DNA of 64,000 nucleotides from Candidatus Omnitrophota bacterium (GTDB taxonomy: Bacteria; Omnitrophota; Gorgyraeia; Zapsychrales; JANLHA01), in the NCBI GenBank assembly GCA_963662715.1, contig OY759724.1, positions 3,044,982-3,108,981 on the forward strand, given 5' to 3'. The notes under the pieces are model-generated. The model saw nothing but the letters and a program-made list of their open reading frames with translations, did not search any database and had not been told where the DNA came from. How positions within the stretch are numbered: the first letter of the stretch is position 1; every line of letters starts with the position of its first letter. Shown here one piece after another: positions 27,441 through 37,728 of this stretch. The translations under genes were made by a program, and so were the position numbers.

Positions 27441-28775
27441 ATGATGACGACACAGGATCAAAAACAAAAAAATACATGGCAGGGCCTTATAGCGGCCTGC
27501 GAGTCCATTTATCAGTATCACCGGGATCAGGGACCGGACTGGTACGCCCAGGACCGGCAACGGGCCTGGAACGATGTTCTATCAACAGAGGCGCCGTCTC
27601 CCAAAAACGAACGCTGGAAATACACGAACATTTCCCCGCTCTTTGAACTGCCCTTTGTCCGGGCTGAAAAAACCGGTCTTCCGGCCGGCCATGACTTACG
27701 AACCGGTGGCACGGACGGGACGGATATTTCTGTTTTTCTCGTAAACGGCGTCATTGTCAATATCCCCCCGGCGACAAACGGACTGTCTATCAGACGCTTT
27801 TCGGAACTCTCTGAAGAAGATTATACCCGGAATATAGCTCCTGTTTTGCGTCCGTCAACGGCTTTTTTTGAAAATCTAAACACGGCTTTGTCCGCAGACG
27901 GGCTGTGGATTCATATCCCGCAAAAAACTCAAATCAAACCCTGCATCCATATTTGCCACATAGCCCTGCCGGAAGAACACCCGGTCATCGTGTCTCCCCG
28001 TATCCTGCTAACCGCCGGGCCTTTTGCCGAAGCGGATATTCTCATGTCTTTTTTGTCTTGGGAGATCACAACAGCTTCTTTTACAAATGCCTTAACCGAA
28101 GTCGTTCTGGACCGGAATGCCCGTATTTCGCTGACGGTAAATCAAAATGAAGATCAGAACCGCTACCATGTCAATTCCCTGAATGTCCTGCAGAACCGGG
28201 ACTCTTCATTCCGTCATTTCTCTTCCGTAACCGGCGCACGCTTAACGAGAAACGAATTGACCACCACATTAAAGGAACCCGGCGCTTCTGCCGATCTCAA
28301 AGGCATTTACCTTGTACAGGGAGAGCAGCATGTCGATAATCATACAGAAATCCGGCATATCGCTTGCCGCGGCACCAGCAATCAATTATATAAAGGGATT
28401 TTAAACGACAGAGGAAGGGCGGTCTTTAACGGGCGGGTGTATGTCCATCCGGAGGCCCAGCAGACAAACTCTTACCAGCTGAACAAAAATTTACTGATGG
28501 GCGAACAATGCCGGGTCGACACCAAACCGCAACTCGAGATTTTTGCAGATGACGTGAAATGCAGCCACGGCGCCACAATCGGACAGCTGAATCAGGAAGA
28601 AATATTTTATCTGCAGGCCCGGGCGATCCCCAAAAAACAAGCCGTCCGCATGCTGGCCAGAGGGTTTGTCGAGGATATTGTCAACCAGATTCCTTGTCTT
28701 TCCTCCGGGAGAAAAATTTCGGAAACGATAGGACCCGTTCTGTCGTCCATGACTTACGAAAAGACGCCATCATGA
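27441..28775 (+). CDS. sufD: Fe-S cluster assembly protein SufD
   Basis: 444 aa SufB/D-family paralog lacking the SufB N-terminal extension; its stop overlaps the sufS start (ATGA). Confidence 0.9.
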   Translation: MMTTQDQKQKNTWQGLIAACESIYQYHRDQGPDWYAQDRQRAWNDVLSTEAPSPKNERWKYTNISPLFELPFVRAEKTGLPAGHDLRTGGTDGTDISVFLVNGVIVNIPPATNGLSIRRFSELSEEDYTRNIAPVLRPSTAFFENLNTALSADGLWIHIPQKTQIKPCIHICHIALPEEHPVIVSPRILLTAGPFAEADILMSFLSWEITTASFTNALTEVVLDRNARISLTVNQNEDQNRYHVNSLNVLQNRDSSFRHFSSVTGARLTRNELTTTLKEPGASADLKGIYLVQGEQHVDNHTEIRHIACRGTSNQLYKGILNDRGRAVFNGRVYVHPEAQQTNSYQLNKNLLMGEQCRVDTKPQLEIFADDVKCSHGATIGQLNQEEIFYLQARAIPKKQAVRMLARGFVEDIVNQIPCLSSGRKISETIGPVLSSMTYEKTPS

Positions 28776-29997
28776 CAACCTTCGATATTCAGAAAATCCG
28801 TTCCTGTTTCCCGAACCTTAATATAAGCGTTCACGGGCAGCCTCTCGTCTACCTGGATAATGCTGCGACAACACTCAAACCGCAAAGCGTCATAGATCAG
28901 GTCGCGAAATATTACACCACCGGGACCTCCAATGTCCACCGGGGCGTTCATTATCTCAGCGAACAGGCCACGGCCGAATATGAACGGACCAGGGAGAAAA
29001 TCAAAAAATTTATCAATGCGGGAAAAACATCCGAGATCATCTTTACCAGCGGGACAACGGAAGCGATCAATTTAGTTGTTCAGAGTTACGGGCAGTCCTT
29101 CCTGCAGGAGGGGGACGAAATTATTATTTCGGAAATGGAACATCATTCCAACATCGTGCCCTGGCAGCTTTTCTGCCAGAATAAAGGTTGCATCCTAAAA
29201 GTCGTCCCGATCGACGATCACGGGCAGTTATGTCTTGACGAATACAGAAAAATGATAACCCCCCGGACAAAGTTTGTTTCCATGGTCTACATTTCCAATT
29301 CTCTGGGCACGGTCAATCCCATCCGGGAGATTATTGGAGAAGCCCATAACCAGGGGATTCCCGTTCTCGTGGATGCCGCCCAGGCTGTCGGGCACAAAGC
29401 CATTGACGTCCGGGAACTTGACTGTGATTTCCTGGCCTTTTCCGGCCATAAACTTTTCGGCCCGACCGGGACAGGCGTTCTATACGGGAAAGCCTCTCTG
29501 CTCAACCAAATGCAGCCGTATCAATCCGGCGGGGACATGATCTCGTCAGTCACTTTTGAAAAAACGACCTTTAATGTTCTTCCCTATAAATTTGAAGCCG
29601 GAACACCTCATATCGCGGGGTCATCGGATTAGGAGCGGCGGTTGATTTTGTTCAGGAAATCGGGCTTCAAAACGTTGCGGAATACGAACAAGACCTGTTA
29701 AGATACGGGACCCGGCAGTTGCAGACTGTTCCCAATCTGCGTATTATCGGAACGGCTCAACACAAAACAGCGATCATTTCATTCGTGCTGCCCAATATCC
29801 ACGCGCATGACCTGGGAACTTTGGTGGATGAAGAAGGGGTGGCTTTACGGACAGGACACCACTGCACACAGCCTGTCATGAAACATTTCGGGGTGCCGGC
29901 AACCTCCCGGGCCTCAATGAGCTTTTATAATACCCGGGAAGATATCGACCGTTTAGTCAAGGCGATTCTGCAGGCGCAGACACTGTTCCCCGACTAA
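28772..29997 (+). pseudogene. sufS: Cysteine desulfurase SufS, interrupted by a single-nucleotide frameshift (possible sequencing error)
   Basis: N-terminal part is in the 28559..29632 frame from ATG 28772 (MTTFDIQKIRS..HIAG), and the C-terminal part in the 29719..29997 frame (..GHHCTQPVM..). Inserting one G into the GGGG run at 29617-29620 restores ..GTPHIAGVIGLGAAVDFVQEIGL.. and a 408-aa protein. Confidence 0.6.
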
Positions 29998-30006
29998 GGA
30001 GATTTT

Positions 30007-30465
30007 ATGACCCTGAACCATCAAAAAGAACTTTATCAGCAAGTTATTCTTGAGCACAACAAAAAACCGCGTAATTTCGGAAAATTATCTCCCAGCACTC
30101 ATTTTGCGGAAGGATACAATCCGCTTTGCGGAGACCATTTGATGATCTATCTCGATATTAACAAAGATAATGTTGTGGAAAGGATATCGTTTGAGGGGGA
30201 CGGATGTGCGATTTCCCGGGCATCCGCCTCCATGATGACTTCTGCGGTTAAAGGGAAATCTGTCCCTGAGGTTCTGTCCCTCTTCCAGGAATTTCACGAT
30301 CTCGTGACAGGCACCCTCAACCCGGAAGAACAGGCCCATCATTTGGGCAAGTTAACGATTTTCTCCGGTATTTGGCAGTATCCTTCCCGAGTTAAATGCG
30401 CGATTCTGGCCTGGCATACTTTGAAAGGGGCTCTTGAACAGAAAAACTCGGTCAGCACCGAATAG
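30007..30465 (+). CDS. sufU: SufU/IscU-like Fe-S scaffold / sulfur-transfer protein
   Basis: 152 aa; NifU-N-like fold with conserved Cys (NPLCGD, GCAIS, ..C..). Confidence 0.8.
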   Translation: MTLNHQKELYQQVILEHNKKPRNFGKLSPSTHFAEGYNPLCGDHLMIYLDINKDNVVERISFEGDGCAISRASASMMTSAVKGKSVPEVLSLFQEFHDLVTGTLNPEEQAHHLGKLTIFSGIWQYPSRVKCAILAWHTLKGALEQKNSVSTE

Positions 30466-30479
30466 CAAGCACGACCTGC

Positions 30480-31436
30480 CTACCAGAAATACTTGTTCCC
30501 GGACTTCTCCCCAATGCCCCCCAGGAACCGGACTTCACGCTGCAGCTGAATATCAAACCGATCTTTGACCGCTCGCGCCATTCTTTCTGCCAATTCAAAG
30601 ACGTCCTGCGCCGTGCACCGGGAACCGATCTTTATAATGATATTCGCATGCTTTTCAAAGACACCCGCCCCTCCGACATGCAAAGTCTTGGCTCCGGCTT
30701 GCTCCAAAAACCATCCCGCAGCGGTACGTTTTTCTCCAGGGACACCTGATTCCAGGTTCTTAAAGAAACTCCCGGCACAAGGGACTTGTTTATAGTCGGG
30801 ATGTTTGGAGCGGCGGAGGGCAAGGATCTCGTCCCGTTCTGTCAGCAAGACCTTTTGATCGTCCGGAATTAACCGGAATGTCACCGAGGTTAAAACATGA
30901 GAGGAAGTCTTGAAATTTGAATGCCGGTAGCCGAACCCGCATTCCTCTTTTGTGGCGATCATTTCAGTACCATTCTCATTCAGGTAAAAAACATTTAAAA
31001 CGGCATCCCCGATCTGTTGTCCGAAAGCGCCGGCATTCCCGATCACCGCACCGCCAACGGTGCCGGGGATACCTCCGGCAAAATTGATCCCGGCCAGACC
31101 TTCCCGGGCCGCGTACGCCGCCAGATCATCCAGAAGCGTGCTGGCACTGACTTGCAGGTCATGCCCATTCCGTTCGATAATAGGGGAAGGGGAGACATAA
31201 CGAATGACGGAGCAATCCACACCCTGATCAGAGACAACGACATTAGACCCGCCTCCCAGCAGGACAAACTCCTGCTGCATTTCCTGACAAAGGGAAACAG
31301 CCTGTCGGAGCTGCTGCGGAGTCCGGCATTCAATAAAAAAAGGACATGCCCCGCCTAACTGAAAGGTCGTAAAACGCGCAAGCGGGATGTGGCGGGAACA
31401 CGGGATATTGAGAAACTTCAATTTTTCTTCGATCAT
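30480..31436 (-). CDS. murB: UDP-N-acetylenolpyruvoylglucosamine reductase MurB
   Basis: 318 aa; FAD-binding LLGGGSNVV and MurB C-terminal domain. Confidence 0.9.
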   Translation of the reverse strand: MIEEKLKFLNIPCSRHIPLARFTTFQLGGACPFFIECRTPQQLRQAVSLCQEMQQEFVLLGGGSNVVVSDQGVDCSVIRYVSPSPIIERNGHDLQVSASTLLDDLAAYAAREGLAGINFAGGIPGTVGGAVIGNAGAFGQQIGDAVLNVFYLNENGTEMIATKEECGFGYRHSNFKTSSHVLTSVTFRLIPDDQKVLLTERDEILALRRSKHPDYKQVPCAGSFFKNLESGVPGEKRTAAGWFLEQAGAKTLHVGGAGVFEKHANIIIKIGSRCTAQDVFELAERMARAVKDRFDIQLQREVRFLGGIGEKSGNKYFW

Positions 31437-31483
31437 TTTTCAGGGATCCTCTGAATATCGGTATTCAGGATAAAAAGAAGCCT

Positions 31484-31738
31484 CTAAAACTCTATCTTCA
31501 CTTCTCCTGCCCGGATATAACACTGGCATGCCAGACGCCTGTGCGGATCAAGTCCGAGTTCAATTTCCTCGTCCGTAAGATCATTCAAATTCTCCTGTCC
31601 CGCAACAATCCGGACAATACATGACCCGCAGACTCCGGTGTTGCAGTTAAACGGGACCCCCTGCGATTGACATAAAGAGCCGATTGGAGAGCCGTCCGGA
31701 AGATCAAAACTTTTTTGATTGATTGTCAGTTGCGCCAT
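31484..31738 (-). CDS. 2Fe-2S ferredoxin
   Basis: 84 aa; plant-type ferredoxin Cys pattern (CNTGVCGSC ... ACQC). Confidence 0.75.
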   Translation of the reverse strand: MAQLTINQKSFDLPDGSPIGSLCQSQGVPFNCNTGVCGSCIVRIVAGQENLNDLTDEEIELGLDPHRRLACQCYIRAGEVKIEF

Positions 31739-31752
31739 AATATTCTCCGAAA

Positions 31753-32673
31753 CTAAAATGCGGGCAAAGGAAAGACAATGTGTCTTTCCGGATTATCAAA
31801 ATGATGGACCTTTGAGCCGGGGAAAAGCGCCTGTATCCGATAGACCAGGTCACGGACGATAAACTTCGGGACAGAAGCCCCGGAACTGATTCCCACTTTA
31901 CTTTTATTATCAAACCATGACATATCAAGATCATCAGCGCTGTCAATAATATGGCTTTCCACCCCTGCCATTTCACCGGTTTCCCTCAGCCTGTTACTGT
32001 TCGAACTGTTGGTTGAGCCGCAAATAATAATCAAATCACATATCCGGGCCAGTTCTTTCACAGCATCCTGCCGGTGCTGGGTGGCATAACAAATATCGTC
32101 CCTGGCCGGCTCAATCAGGTTTGGAAAACGGCGGTGCAGATCATCAATCATCTCTTTTGACTCATCAACGGAAAGTGTCGTTTGAGTCACATAAGCGACA
32201 GGCTCTTGGGGATCAATGGTTAAATTTTTTATCTCTTCTTTTGATTCTATAATATACAGATTATCCGGATTAACGTATCCTGCGGTCCCGACCATTTCCT
32301 GATGGCCCTTATGACCGATCAAGATGATCTTATGACCTTTTTCCGAAAATCTTGTCGCCTGGCGGTGGACTTTCTTCACCAGGGGGCAGGTGGCATCAAT
32401 GACCTGTAACCGCCGGTCTTTGGCTTCCTGAACGATAGACGGAGGGACGCCGTGGGCGCTGAAGATAATACGCGCGCCTGCCGGAACCTCCTTTAATGTT
32501 TCTACAAACACAACGCCTCGTTTCTTAAAATCGTCCACGACGAAAGTGTTGTGAACGATTTCATGATAAACATAGATCGGCAGACCGTATTTTTCTATGG
32601 CTTTTTCCACAATATCTATGGCAAAAGAAACACCGGCACAAAAGCCTTGCGTTCTCGCTAAATAAATATCCAT
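31753..32673 (-). CDS. ispH: 4-hydroxy-3-methylbut-2-enyl diphosphate reductase IspH
   Basis: 306 aa; conserved IspH blocks (..GFCAGV.., ..HNxxV.., ..SSNSNRL..). Confidence 0.9.
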   Translation of the reverse strand: MDIYLARTQGFCAGVSFAIDIVEKAIEKYGLPIYVYHEIVHNTFVVDDFKKRGVVFVETLKEVPAGARIIFSAHGVPPSIVQEAKDRRLQVIDATCPLVKKVHRQATRFSEKGHKIILIGHKGHQEMVGTAGYVNPDNLYIIESKEEIKNLTIDPQEPVAYVTQTTLSVDESKEMIDDLHRRFPNLIEPARDDICYATQHRQDAVKELARICDLIIICGSTNSSNSNRLRETGEMAGVESHIIDSADDLDMSWFDNKSKVGISSGASVPKFIVRDLVYRIQALFPGSKVHHFDNPERHIVFPLPAF

Positions 32674-32895
32674 AAATTCCCTTTCGAAAGGCGGTCTTCA
32701 AATTCGTTTGCATTGATAAAAAATATTCCGTATAATTAAAGCTTAAAGTCACCGACAATACTTTCAAAATTATATCATTATCCACTAAGAAGTAAACCCT
32801 ATTAGCAACAATGTTCCTCTTAAAACGCAACTGATCGTTATGACTTAAAAGGATACGGGGGCAGGGCGGTCATTAACAAAAACCGCAAGCACGCC

Positions 32896-34134
32896 ATGAT
32901 GCCAAAAATTAAAAGACGAAAAAGTTGTTCAGTCGCCGTTGGGCCCGTGACCATGGGCGGGGGGAATCCGGTTGTAATCCAGTCCATGACAGACACTCCC
33001 ACGGCCAACATCCCGGCGACATTGCGGCAGACAAAATCTCTTATAACGGCAGGGGCCGAGATCGTCCGCTGGACCATAAACGACGAAGCAGCGGCCGAAG
33101 CCGCTCCGGCGATCATTCAAAAACTGAGGGAGACCGGATACCACACCCCGATTATCGGGGATTTTCACTTCAACGGACACATTCTGTTATCCCGATACCC
33201 CGGACTTGCAAAATCCCTAGACAAATACCGCATCAACCCCGGCAATATCGGGACGGGCCGAAGACACGATGAAAATTTCAGGACGTGTATCAAGATCGCC
33301 GCGGATCATAATAAACCGGTTCGTATCGGTGTTAACAGCGGCTCCCTGGATAAAGAACTCTTCACGGCCTTGATGGCCCGGAATGCCAAAAGAAAAAAAA
33401 CCAAAAATTCCAGGGATATCACAGGGCAGGCCATGATCGACAGCGCTCTTAAGAGTGCGTCTTTGGCGGAAAAATTCGGCCTGAGTAAAAATAAGATCGT
33501 CTTAAGCGTCAAGATGTCGGAACTCCAAGACATGGTCAAGGTATACCAGGATATCGCCCGGCAAAGTTCCTATGCCTTGCATCTGGGCCTGACAGAGGCC
33601 GGCTCTGATTTGGAGGGCATCATTGCAAGCACCGCCAGTCTGGCCATTCTTCTCCAGCAGGGCATCGGGGACACAATCCGGGTTTCACTCACCCCGCAGA
33701 ACAACAGACCCAGGACAGAAGAGGTCCGCGTTTGCCGATTGATTCTGCAGGCGCTGGGGCTGCGCTATTTCGTTCCCAAAGTCGTTTCCTGCCCCGGATG
33801 CGGCCGGACCAACAGTACAGACTACCAAACCCTAGCCGGAGAGGTAAAAACATACGTCAACAAACAGATGCCGCTGTGGAAAAATTCTTTTCCCGGGGTT
33901 GAGAAGCTGACGATAGCTGTCATGGGATGCATCGTCAACGGACCGGGGGAAAGCCGGCATGCCGATATAGGGATAAGCCTTCCGGGGATAACAGAGAAAC
34001 GCGTGGCGCCGGTTTATCTCAACGGACAGCAATACAAAATTTTAAAAGGGCCCCACATTGCAAAACAGTTTTTAGAGCTTTTATCAGATTATATTGCCGA
34101 CACGTATACTCCCAAACCAGCGCGGCAAAGGTAA
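32896..34134 (+). CDS. ispG: 4-hydroxy-3-methylbut-2-enyl diphosphate synthase IspG
   Basis: 412 aa; ..QSMTDT.. TIM-barrel domain and C-terminal Cys-ligand block (SCPGCGR .. MGCIVNGPGE); divergent to ispH. Confidence 0.9.
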   Translation: MMPKIKRRKSCSVAVGPVTMGGGNPVVIQSMTDTPTANIPATLRQTKSLITAGAEIVRWTINDEAAAEAAPAIIQKLRETGYHTPIIGDFHFNGHILLSRYPGLAKSLDKYRINPGNIGTGRRHDENFRTCIKIAADHNKPVRIGVNSGSLDKELFTALMARNAKRKKTKNSRDITGQAMIDSALKSASLAEKFGLSKNKIVLSVKMSELQDMVKVYQDIARQSSYALHLGLTEAGSDLEGIIASTASLAILLQQGIGDTIRVSLTPQNNRPRTEEVRVCRLILQALGLRYFVPKVVSCPGCGRTNSTDYQTLAGEVKTYVNKQMPLWKNSFPGVEKLTIAVMGCIVNGPGESRHADIGISLPGITEKRVAPVYLNGQQYKILKGPHIAKQFLELLSDYIADTYTPKPARQR

Positions 34135-34180
34135 AGCCCCTCAGGGCAAAGACTGTACGCCGGCCCGATGGATTCCAGAA

Positions 34181-34603
34181 ATGAAAAAATTAACCCCGCA
34201 ACTTATTGTCGATGACGTTTTGAAATCCGTTGCTTTTTACAGTGATGTCTTCGGTTTTAAATTCATTATGGGGGTTGAGACCGGTTCACGGGAAGTCGTT
34301 GTCTCCTGGATGGACGAACAGCCTTTGGACTGGGCGGTCATGAACTGCGGGGAGGTGGAACTGATCTTTGAATCCCGAAACTACGCGAAGGAACATTTCC
34401 CGCAAAGGGTTCTGGCCCCGCACTCGGATGTTATATCATTATATATCGAGATGGAGGATATTCAGGAATTTTATGCCATTCTGAAAGGGAAAGTCTCTGT
34501 GCTTAAAAAACTCTCAACGACTTTCTACGGCATGCAGGAATTTTATGTGCGGGATTGCAACGGTTATGTCATAGGGTTTGCGGAGAAAGCCGGGGCCGCT
34601 TAA
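34181..34603 (+). CDS. VOC/glyoxalase-family protein
   Basis: Track ORF 34094 uses a non-ATG start; ATG 34181 (MKKLTPQLIVDDV..) gives a 140-aa glyoxalase-fold protein. Confidence 0.65.
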   Translation: MKKLTPQLIVDDVLKSVAFYSDVFGFKFIMGVETGSREVVVSWMDEQPLDWAVMNCGEVELIFESRNYAKEHFPQRVLAPHSDVISLYIEMEDIQEFYAILKGKVSVLKKLSTTFYGMQEFYVRDCNGYVIGFAEKAGAA

Positions 34604-34609
34604 TGCCCA

Positions 34610-35092
34610 TTATCTGCCGTTTTTCAGCATTTGTTTCAAAAAGGCCTCAACGTCCTGCTCATGTCCCTGCGGTTTGACTTTCTCAAATATATGCTCAATC
34701 CGTCCATCCCGGCCGATGATAAATGTTGTCCGCGCGACTCCCATATATGAACGGCCGTACATACTCTTCCTGACCCATACCCCGTAGGCCCGGCAGACAT
34801 CTTTGTTTTCATCACTTAATAATATAAAGGGGAGCTGATATTTTCCGGCAAATTTTTCATGTTTTTCCACAGTGTCAGGGCTGACACCCAGAACAACAGC
34901 TTTCCTTTTTTTAAACGTGTCAAAGGCATCCCGAAAACCGCAGGCTTCTTTCGTGCAGCCCGGAGTATCGTCCTTAGGATAAAAATACAGAACAATAATT
35001 TTGTCTCTGAAATCCGTAATGGAAACCAAGCCCCTGTGATGGCCGGGCAGGGAAAAGTCCGGCGCCGGATCCCCGGGTTTAAGTTTATTCAT
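34610..35092 (-). CDS. bcp: Thiol peroxidase Bcp (peroxiredoxin)
   Basis: 160 aa; peroxidatic Cys motif FTPGCTKE. Confidence 0.85.
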   Translation of the reverse strand: MNKLKPGDPAPDFSLPGHHRGLVSITDFRDKIIVLYFYPKDDTPGCTKEACGFRDAFDTFKKRKAVVLGVSPDTVEKHEKFAGKYQLPFILLSDENKDVCRAYGVWVRKSMYGRSYMGVARTTFIIGRDGRIEHIFEKVKPQGHEQDVEAFLKQMLKNGR

Positions 35093-35915
35093 GATCGCCG
35101 TCCTTTCTTAACGGGACAAGCTTTTCAATCCGTCTTTGTCTGAAAACGACATATTCCGAATACCCGGCTTCCCGAGCCCAGGCAGCGGCCTGCAGAAAAT
35201 CCATGCCGACCTCGGAAGGCTGGTGGGCGTCTGACCCGAACGTGATCGGGACCCCGGCCTGAGAGTAAATTTTAAGGGCAGGGAGAGACGGATAGATTTC
35301 CTTAACGGGTTTCCGCAAGCCCGCGGTGTTGATTTCAATGACCACGCCGCTCTCTTTAAAGACCCGGGCTGTCTCAACAATTTCATCCTGGATATCGGCA
35401 GAGGGAAGATGCCCAAATTTTTTTACGAGGTCAACGTGTCCCATAATATCAAAAAGGCCGGATGACGCTGATTGGCGTAAAAGCGCATAGTAAGCTTTAT
35501 AGACTTCCGTCACATCAGCGTGATACCATCCCTGAATTTCGTCCGGATTGTCAAATCCCCACTGGTCAATAAAATGGACCGAACCGATCACATAATCATA
35601 AGGAAAAGCCGCCAGCATTTCACGGGTCTGGTCTTCAAATCCAGGGTCAAAATCAGCCTCAATCCCTAATTTGACATCCATCCGGCCTTTGAATCTTTCC
35701 TGAACGGAACGTATCATATCATGATAAAGAGGAAGTTCCTCTTTTGTCATGCTGATATTGTCCCGCTGGTGGGCGATCAGCGGAGCATGATCGGAGAACC
35801 CCATCTCTGGAAGTCCGAGAGCAATGGCCTGACGGACATATTCCTCCGGCTGTCCCGCGGCATGACCGCATAAGGGGGTGTGCATATGATAATCGACAAG
35901 ATTTGTTTTTTTCAT
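35085..35915 (-). CDS. PHP-family histidinol-phosphatase-like hydrolase
   Basis: Likely start is the Met of MKKTNLVDYHMHTPLCGHA (ATG at 35915-35913 on the - strand); PHP metal ligands HMH .. H .. DHA. The track ORF extends to a TTG at 35972. Confidence 0.8.
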   Translation of the reverse strand: MKKTNLVDYHMHTPLCGHAAGQPEEYVRQAIALGLPEMGFSDHAPLIAHQRDNISMTKEELPLYHDMIRSVQERFKGRMDVKLGIEADFDPGFEDQTREMLAAFPYDYVIGSVHFIDQWGFDNPDEIQGWYHADVTEVYKAYYALLRQSASSGLFDIMGHVDLVKKFGHLPSADIQDEIVETARVFKESGVVIEINTAGLRKPVKEIYPSLPALKIYSQAGVPITFGSDAHQPSEVGMDFLQAAAWAREAGYSEYVVFRQRRIEKLVPLRKDGDHE

Positions 35916-36003
35916 GAGCGACAAGTGTTTCAGGTTAATGGGCCCATTATAACATATCATAATGTTTGTCAAAACTTTTACTAAAACCTTACAGGAAGCC
36001 GGT

Positions 36004-36032
36004 TTGACATTATTTTAGGCATATGTTATTAT
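36004..36032 (+). promoter_or_regulatory. Sigma70-like promoter of the pterin cluster (TTGACA-17-TATTAT)
   Basis: TTGACA 36004-36009, 17-nt spacer, TATTAT 36027-36032; GAGGA SD at 36051-36055 and ATG at 36063. Confidence 0.5.
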
Positions 36033-36062
36033 CCCTTGTCAAACGTATCCGAGGAAATACTC

Positions 36063-36602
36063 ATGGACCAGTTTTTTAAAGAATTCTTACTTAAAATAGG
36101 CGAAGATATTGACCGGGAAGGATTACGCGCCACGCCGGCGCGGGCGGCAAAAGCTTTTCAATACCTGACGAAAGGCTACCAGCAGAATGTCTCTGACATA
36201 TTAAACGGGGCCCTATTCGAGACCGATAACGATGAAATGATTATTGTCAAGGATATTGAATTGTACTCCTTATGTGAACACCATCTTTTGCCCTTTTTCG
36301 GGAAATGCCATGTCGGTTATCTGCCTAACGGAAAAATCATCGGCCTTTCCAAGGTCGCCCGAATCGTTGATGTCTTTGCCCGGAGGCTGCAGATCCAGGA
36401 AAACCTAACAAAACAGATAGCGGAAGCCATACTGGAAACCACAAACGCCAAAGGAGTGGGGGTCGTCATTGAAGCCAAACATCTCTGCATGATGATGAGA
36501 GGCGTCGAGAAACAGAATTCCAGCATGAACACGTCCTGCATGTTAGGGCTGTTCCGGTCAAGCAGTTCTACCCGTTTTGAATTCCTGAGCCTTATCAAGT
36601 GA
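36063..36602 (+). CDS. folE: GTP cyclohydrolase I FolE
   Basis: 179 aa from ATG 36063 (the track start 36036 is a TTG inside the promoter); conserved CEHH and zinc-ligand block. Confidence 0.9.
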   Translation: MDQFFKEFLLKIGEDIDREGLRATPARAAKAFQYLTKGYQQNVSDILNGALFETDNDEMIIVKDIELYSLCEHHLLPFFGKCHVGYLPNGKIIGLSKVARIVDVFARRLQIQENLTKQIAEAILETTNAKGVGVVIEAKHLCMMMRGVEKQNSSMNTSCMLGLFRSSSSTRFEFLSLIK

Positions 36603-36611
36603 GATCTTTTC

Positions 36612-37340
36612 ATGCCACAGGACAAAAAACGCAAAGCGGCCCTCATCACAGGCGCGGCCAAGAGAATCGGCGCAGCCATAGCTCTGGACCTGGCCCGGCA
36701 GGGTTATGACATCGCCTTGCACTATCACACATCCGTACAAGCGGCGCAGCGGACACAAAAAAAGATTCAAAGAGAGGGAGGAACGTGCCGGGTCTTTACC
36801 GCGGACCTTTCCGATAACAGGCAGATGACACAATTAATCCCTCAAGTTAAAAAATATTTCCCCCGGTTATGTCTGCTTGTCAATAATGCGTCTATTTATA
36901 AATCCAACCGGATATCGGATATTGACACAGATCTGTATGATCTTGTCATGGATACGAATCTTAAAGCCCCCTGTATCCTGACAAGCCTATTTGGCCGCCA
37001 TTGCCGAAAAGGCCAGGTGATCAACATGCTGGACACCCATATCACAAGGAACAAAACAGGATATTTTTATTATCTGCTTTCCAAAAAAGCGCTGAAAGAA
37101 TTCACGCAAATGGCCGCTCTGGCGCTGGCGCCGGGAATATGCGTCAATGCCGTCGCTCCGGGCGCGATCATTCCTCCGGCATCCAAGAACCAGAATGACC
37201 TTAAAAAGTTAGTGCCGTCAATCCCGCTTAAAAAGACCGGAAAAACAGATGACATTTTAAAAGCTGTCCGTTACCTGACGAAAAACACGTTTTATAGCGG
37301 GCAAATTCTTTATATCGATGGGGGCGTGCACCTGACCTGA
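36612..37340 (+). CDS. Short-chain dehydrogenase/reductase, pteridine-reductase (FolM/PTR1)-like
   Basis: 242 aa; AALITGAAKRIG cofactor motif, YxxxK catalytic pair; sits between folE and folB. Confidence 0.75.
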   Translation: MPQDKKRKAALITGAAKRIGAAIALDLARQGYDIALHYHTSVQAAQRTQKKIQREGGTCRVFTADLSDNRQMTQLIPQVKKYFPRLCLLVNNASIYKSNRISDIDTDLYDLVMDTNLKAPCILTSLFGRHCRKGQVINMLDTHITRNKTGYFYYLLSKKALKEFTQMAALALAPGICVNAVAPGAIIPPASKNQNDLKKLVPSIPLKKTGKTDDILKAVRYLTKNTFYSGQILYIDGGVHLT

Positions 37341-37357
37341 ATATAAAAAAAGGACGT

Positions 37358-37714
37358 ATGACAGAAGCGACCGTATATATCGAAAATTTGCAGTTACGTG
37401 CGATAATCGGCACTAATGATTGGGAAAGGGAAACAGCGCAGGATATTATTTTAAATATTCAGTTCCGCTACGATGCCGAACGGGCCGCGCAGACAGATTC
37501 TATTGAGGAAGCTGTTGATTATAAAGCCCTCAAACAGGAGATCATCTCCTTTGTCGAAAGCTCTAAATTCTTTCTGCTTGAGAAATTGTGCCGCGATGTT
37601 TTGAACCTGATTATGCGAAAAGAAAAAGTTCTCTCGGCTAAAGTGAGAATAGATAAACCCAATGCTCTGCGTTACGCCAAATCGGTCGCGATTGAAATGC
37701 AGGCAGTCCAATAA
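37358..37714 (+). CDS. folB: Dihydroneopterin aldolase family (FolB/FolX)
   Basis: 118 aa; ..IENLQLRAIIGTNDWER.. FolB N-terminal signature. Confidence 0.85.
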   Translation: MTEATVYIENLQLRAIIGTNDWERETAQDIILNIQFRYDAERAAQTDSIEEAVDYKALKQEIISFVESSKFFLLEKLCRDVLNLIMRKEKVLSAKVRIDKPNALRYAKSVAIEMQAVQ

Positions 37715-37728
37715 ACAGGGATGGCTTT

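Noticed and set aside
28559-29632. Track ORFs 28559..29632 and 29719..29997 as two separate genes
   Set aside because: Together they reconstitute a single SufS when one G is restored at 29617-29620. The 28559 start lies inside sufD, and the real start is ATG 28772 overlapping the sufD stop.
36036-36062. N-terminal extensions in the ORF track that begin at TTG/GTG codons (folE 36036, sufC 26669, hdrC-like 9331, glyoxalase 34094, PHP 35972, fabF 40350)
   Set aside because: Internal ATGs with appropriately spaced GGAGG-like SDs, promoter positions (folE), or homolog N-termini indicate shorter proteins. Coordinates were trimmed accordingly.
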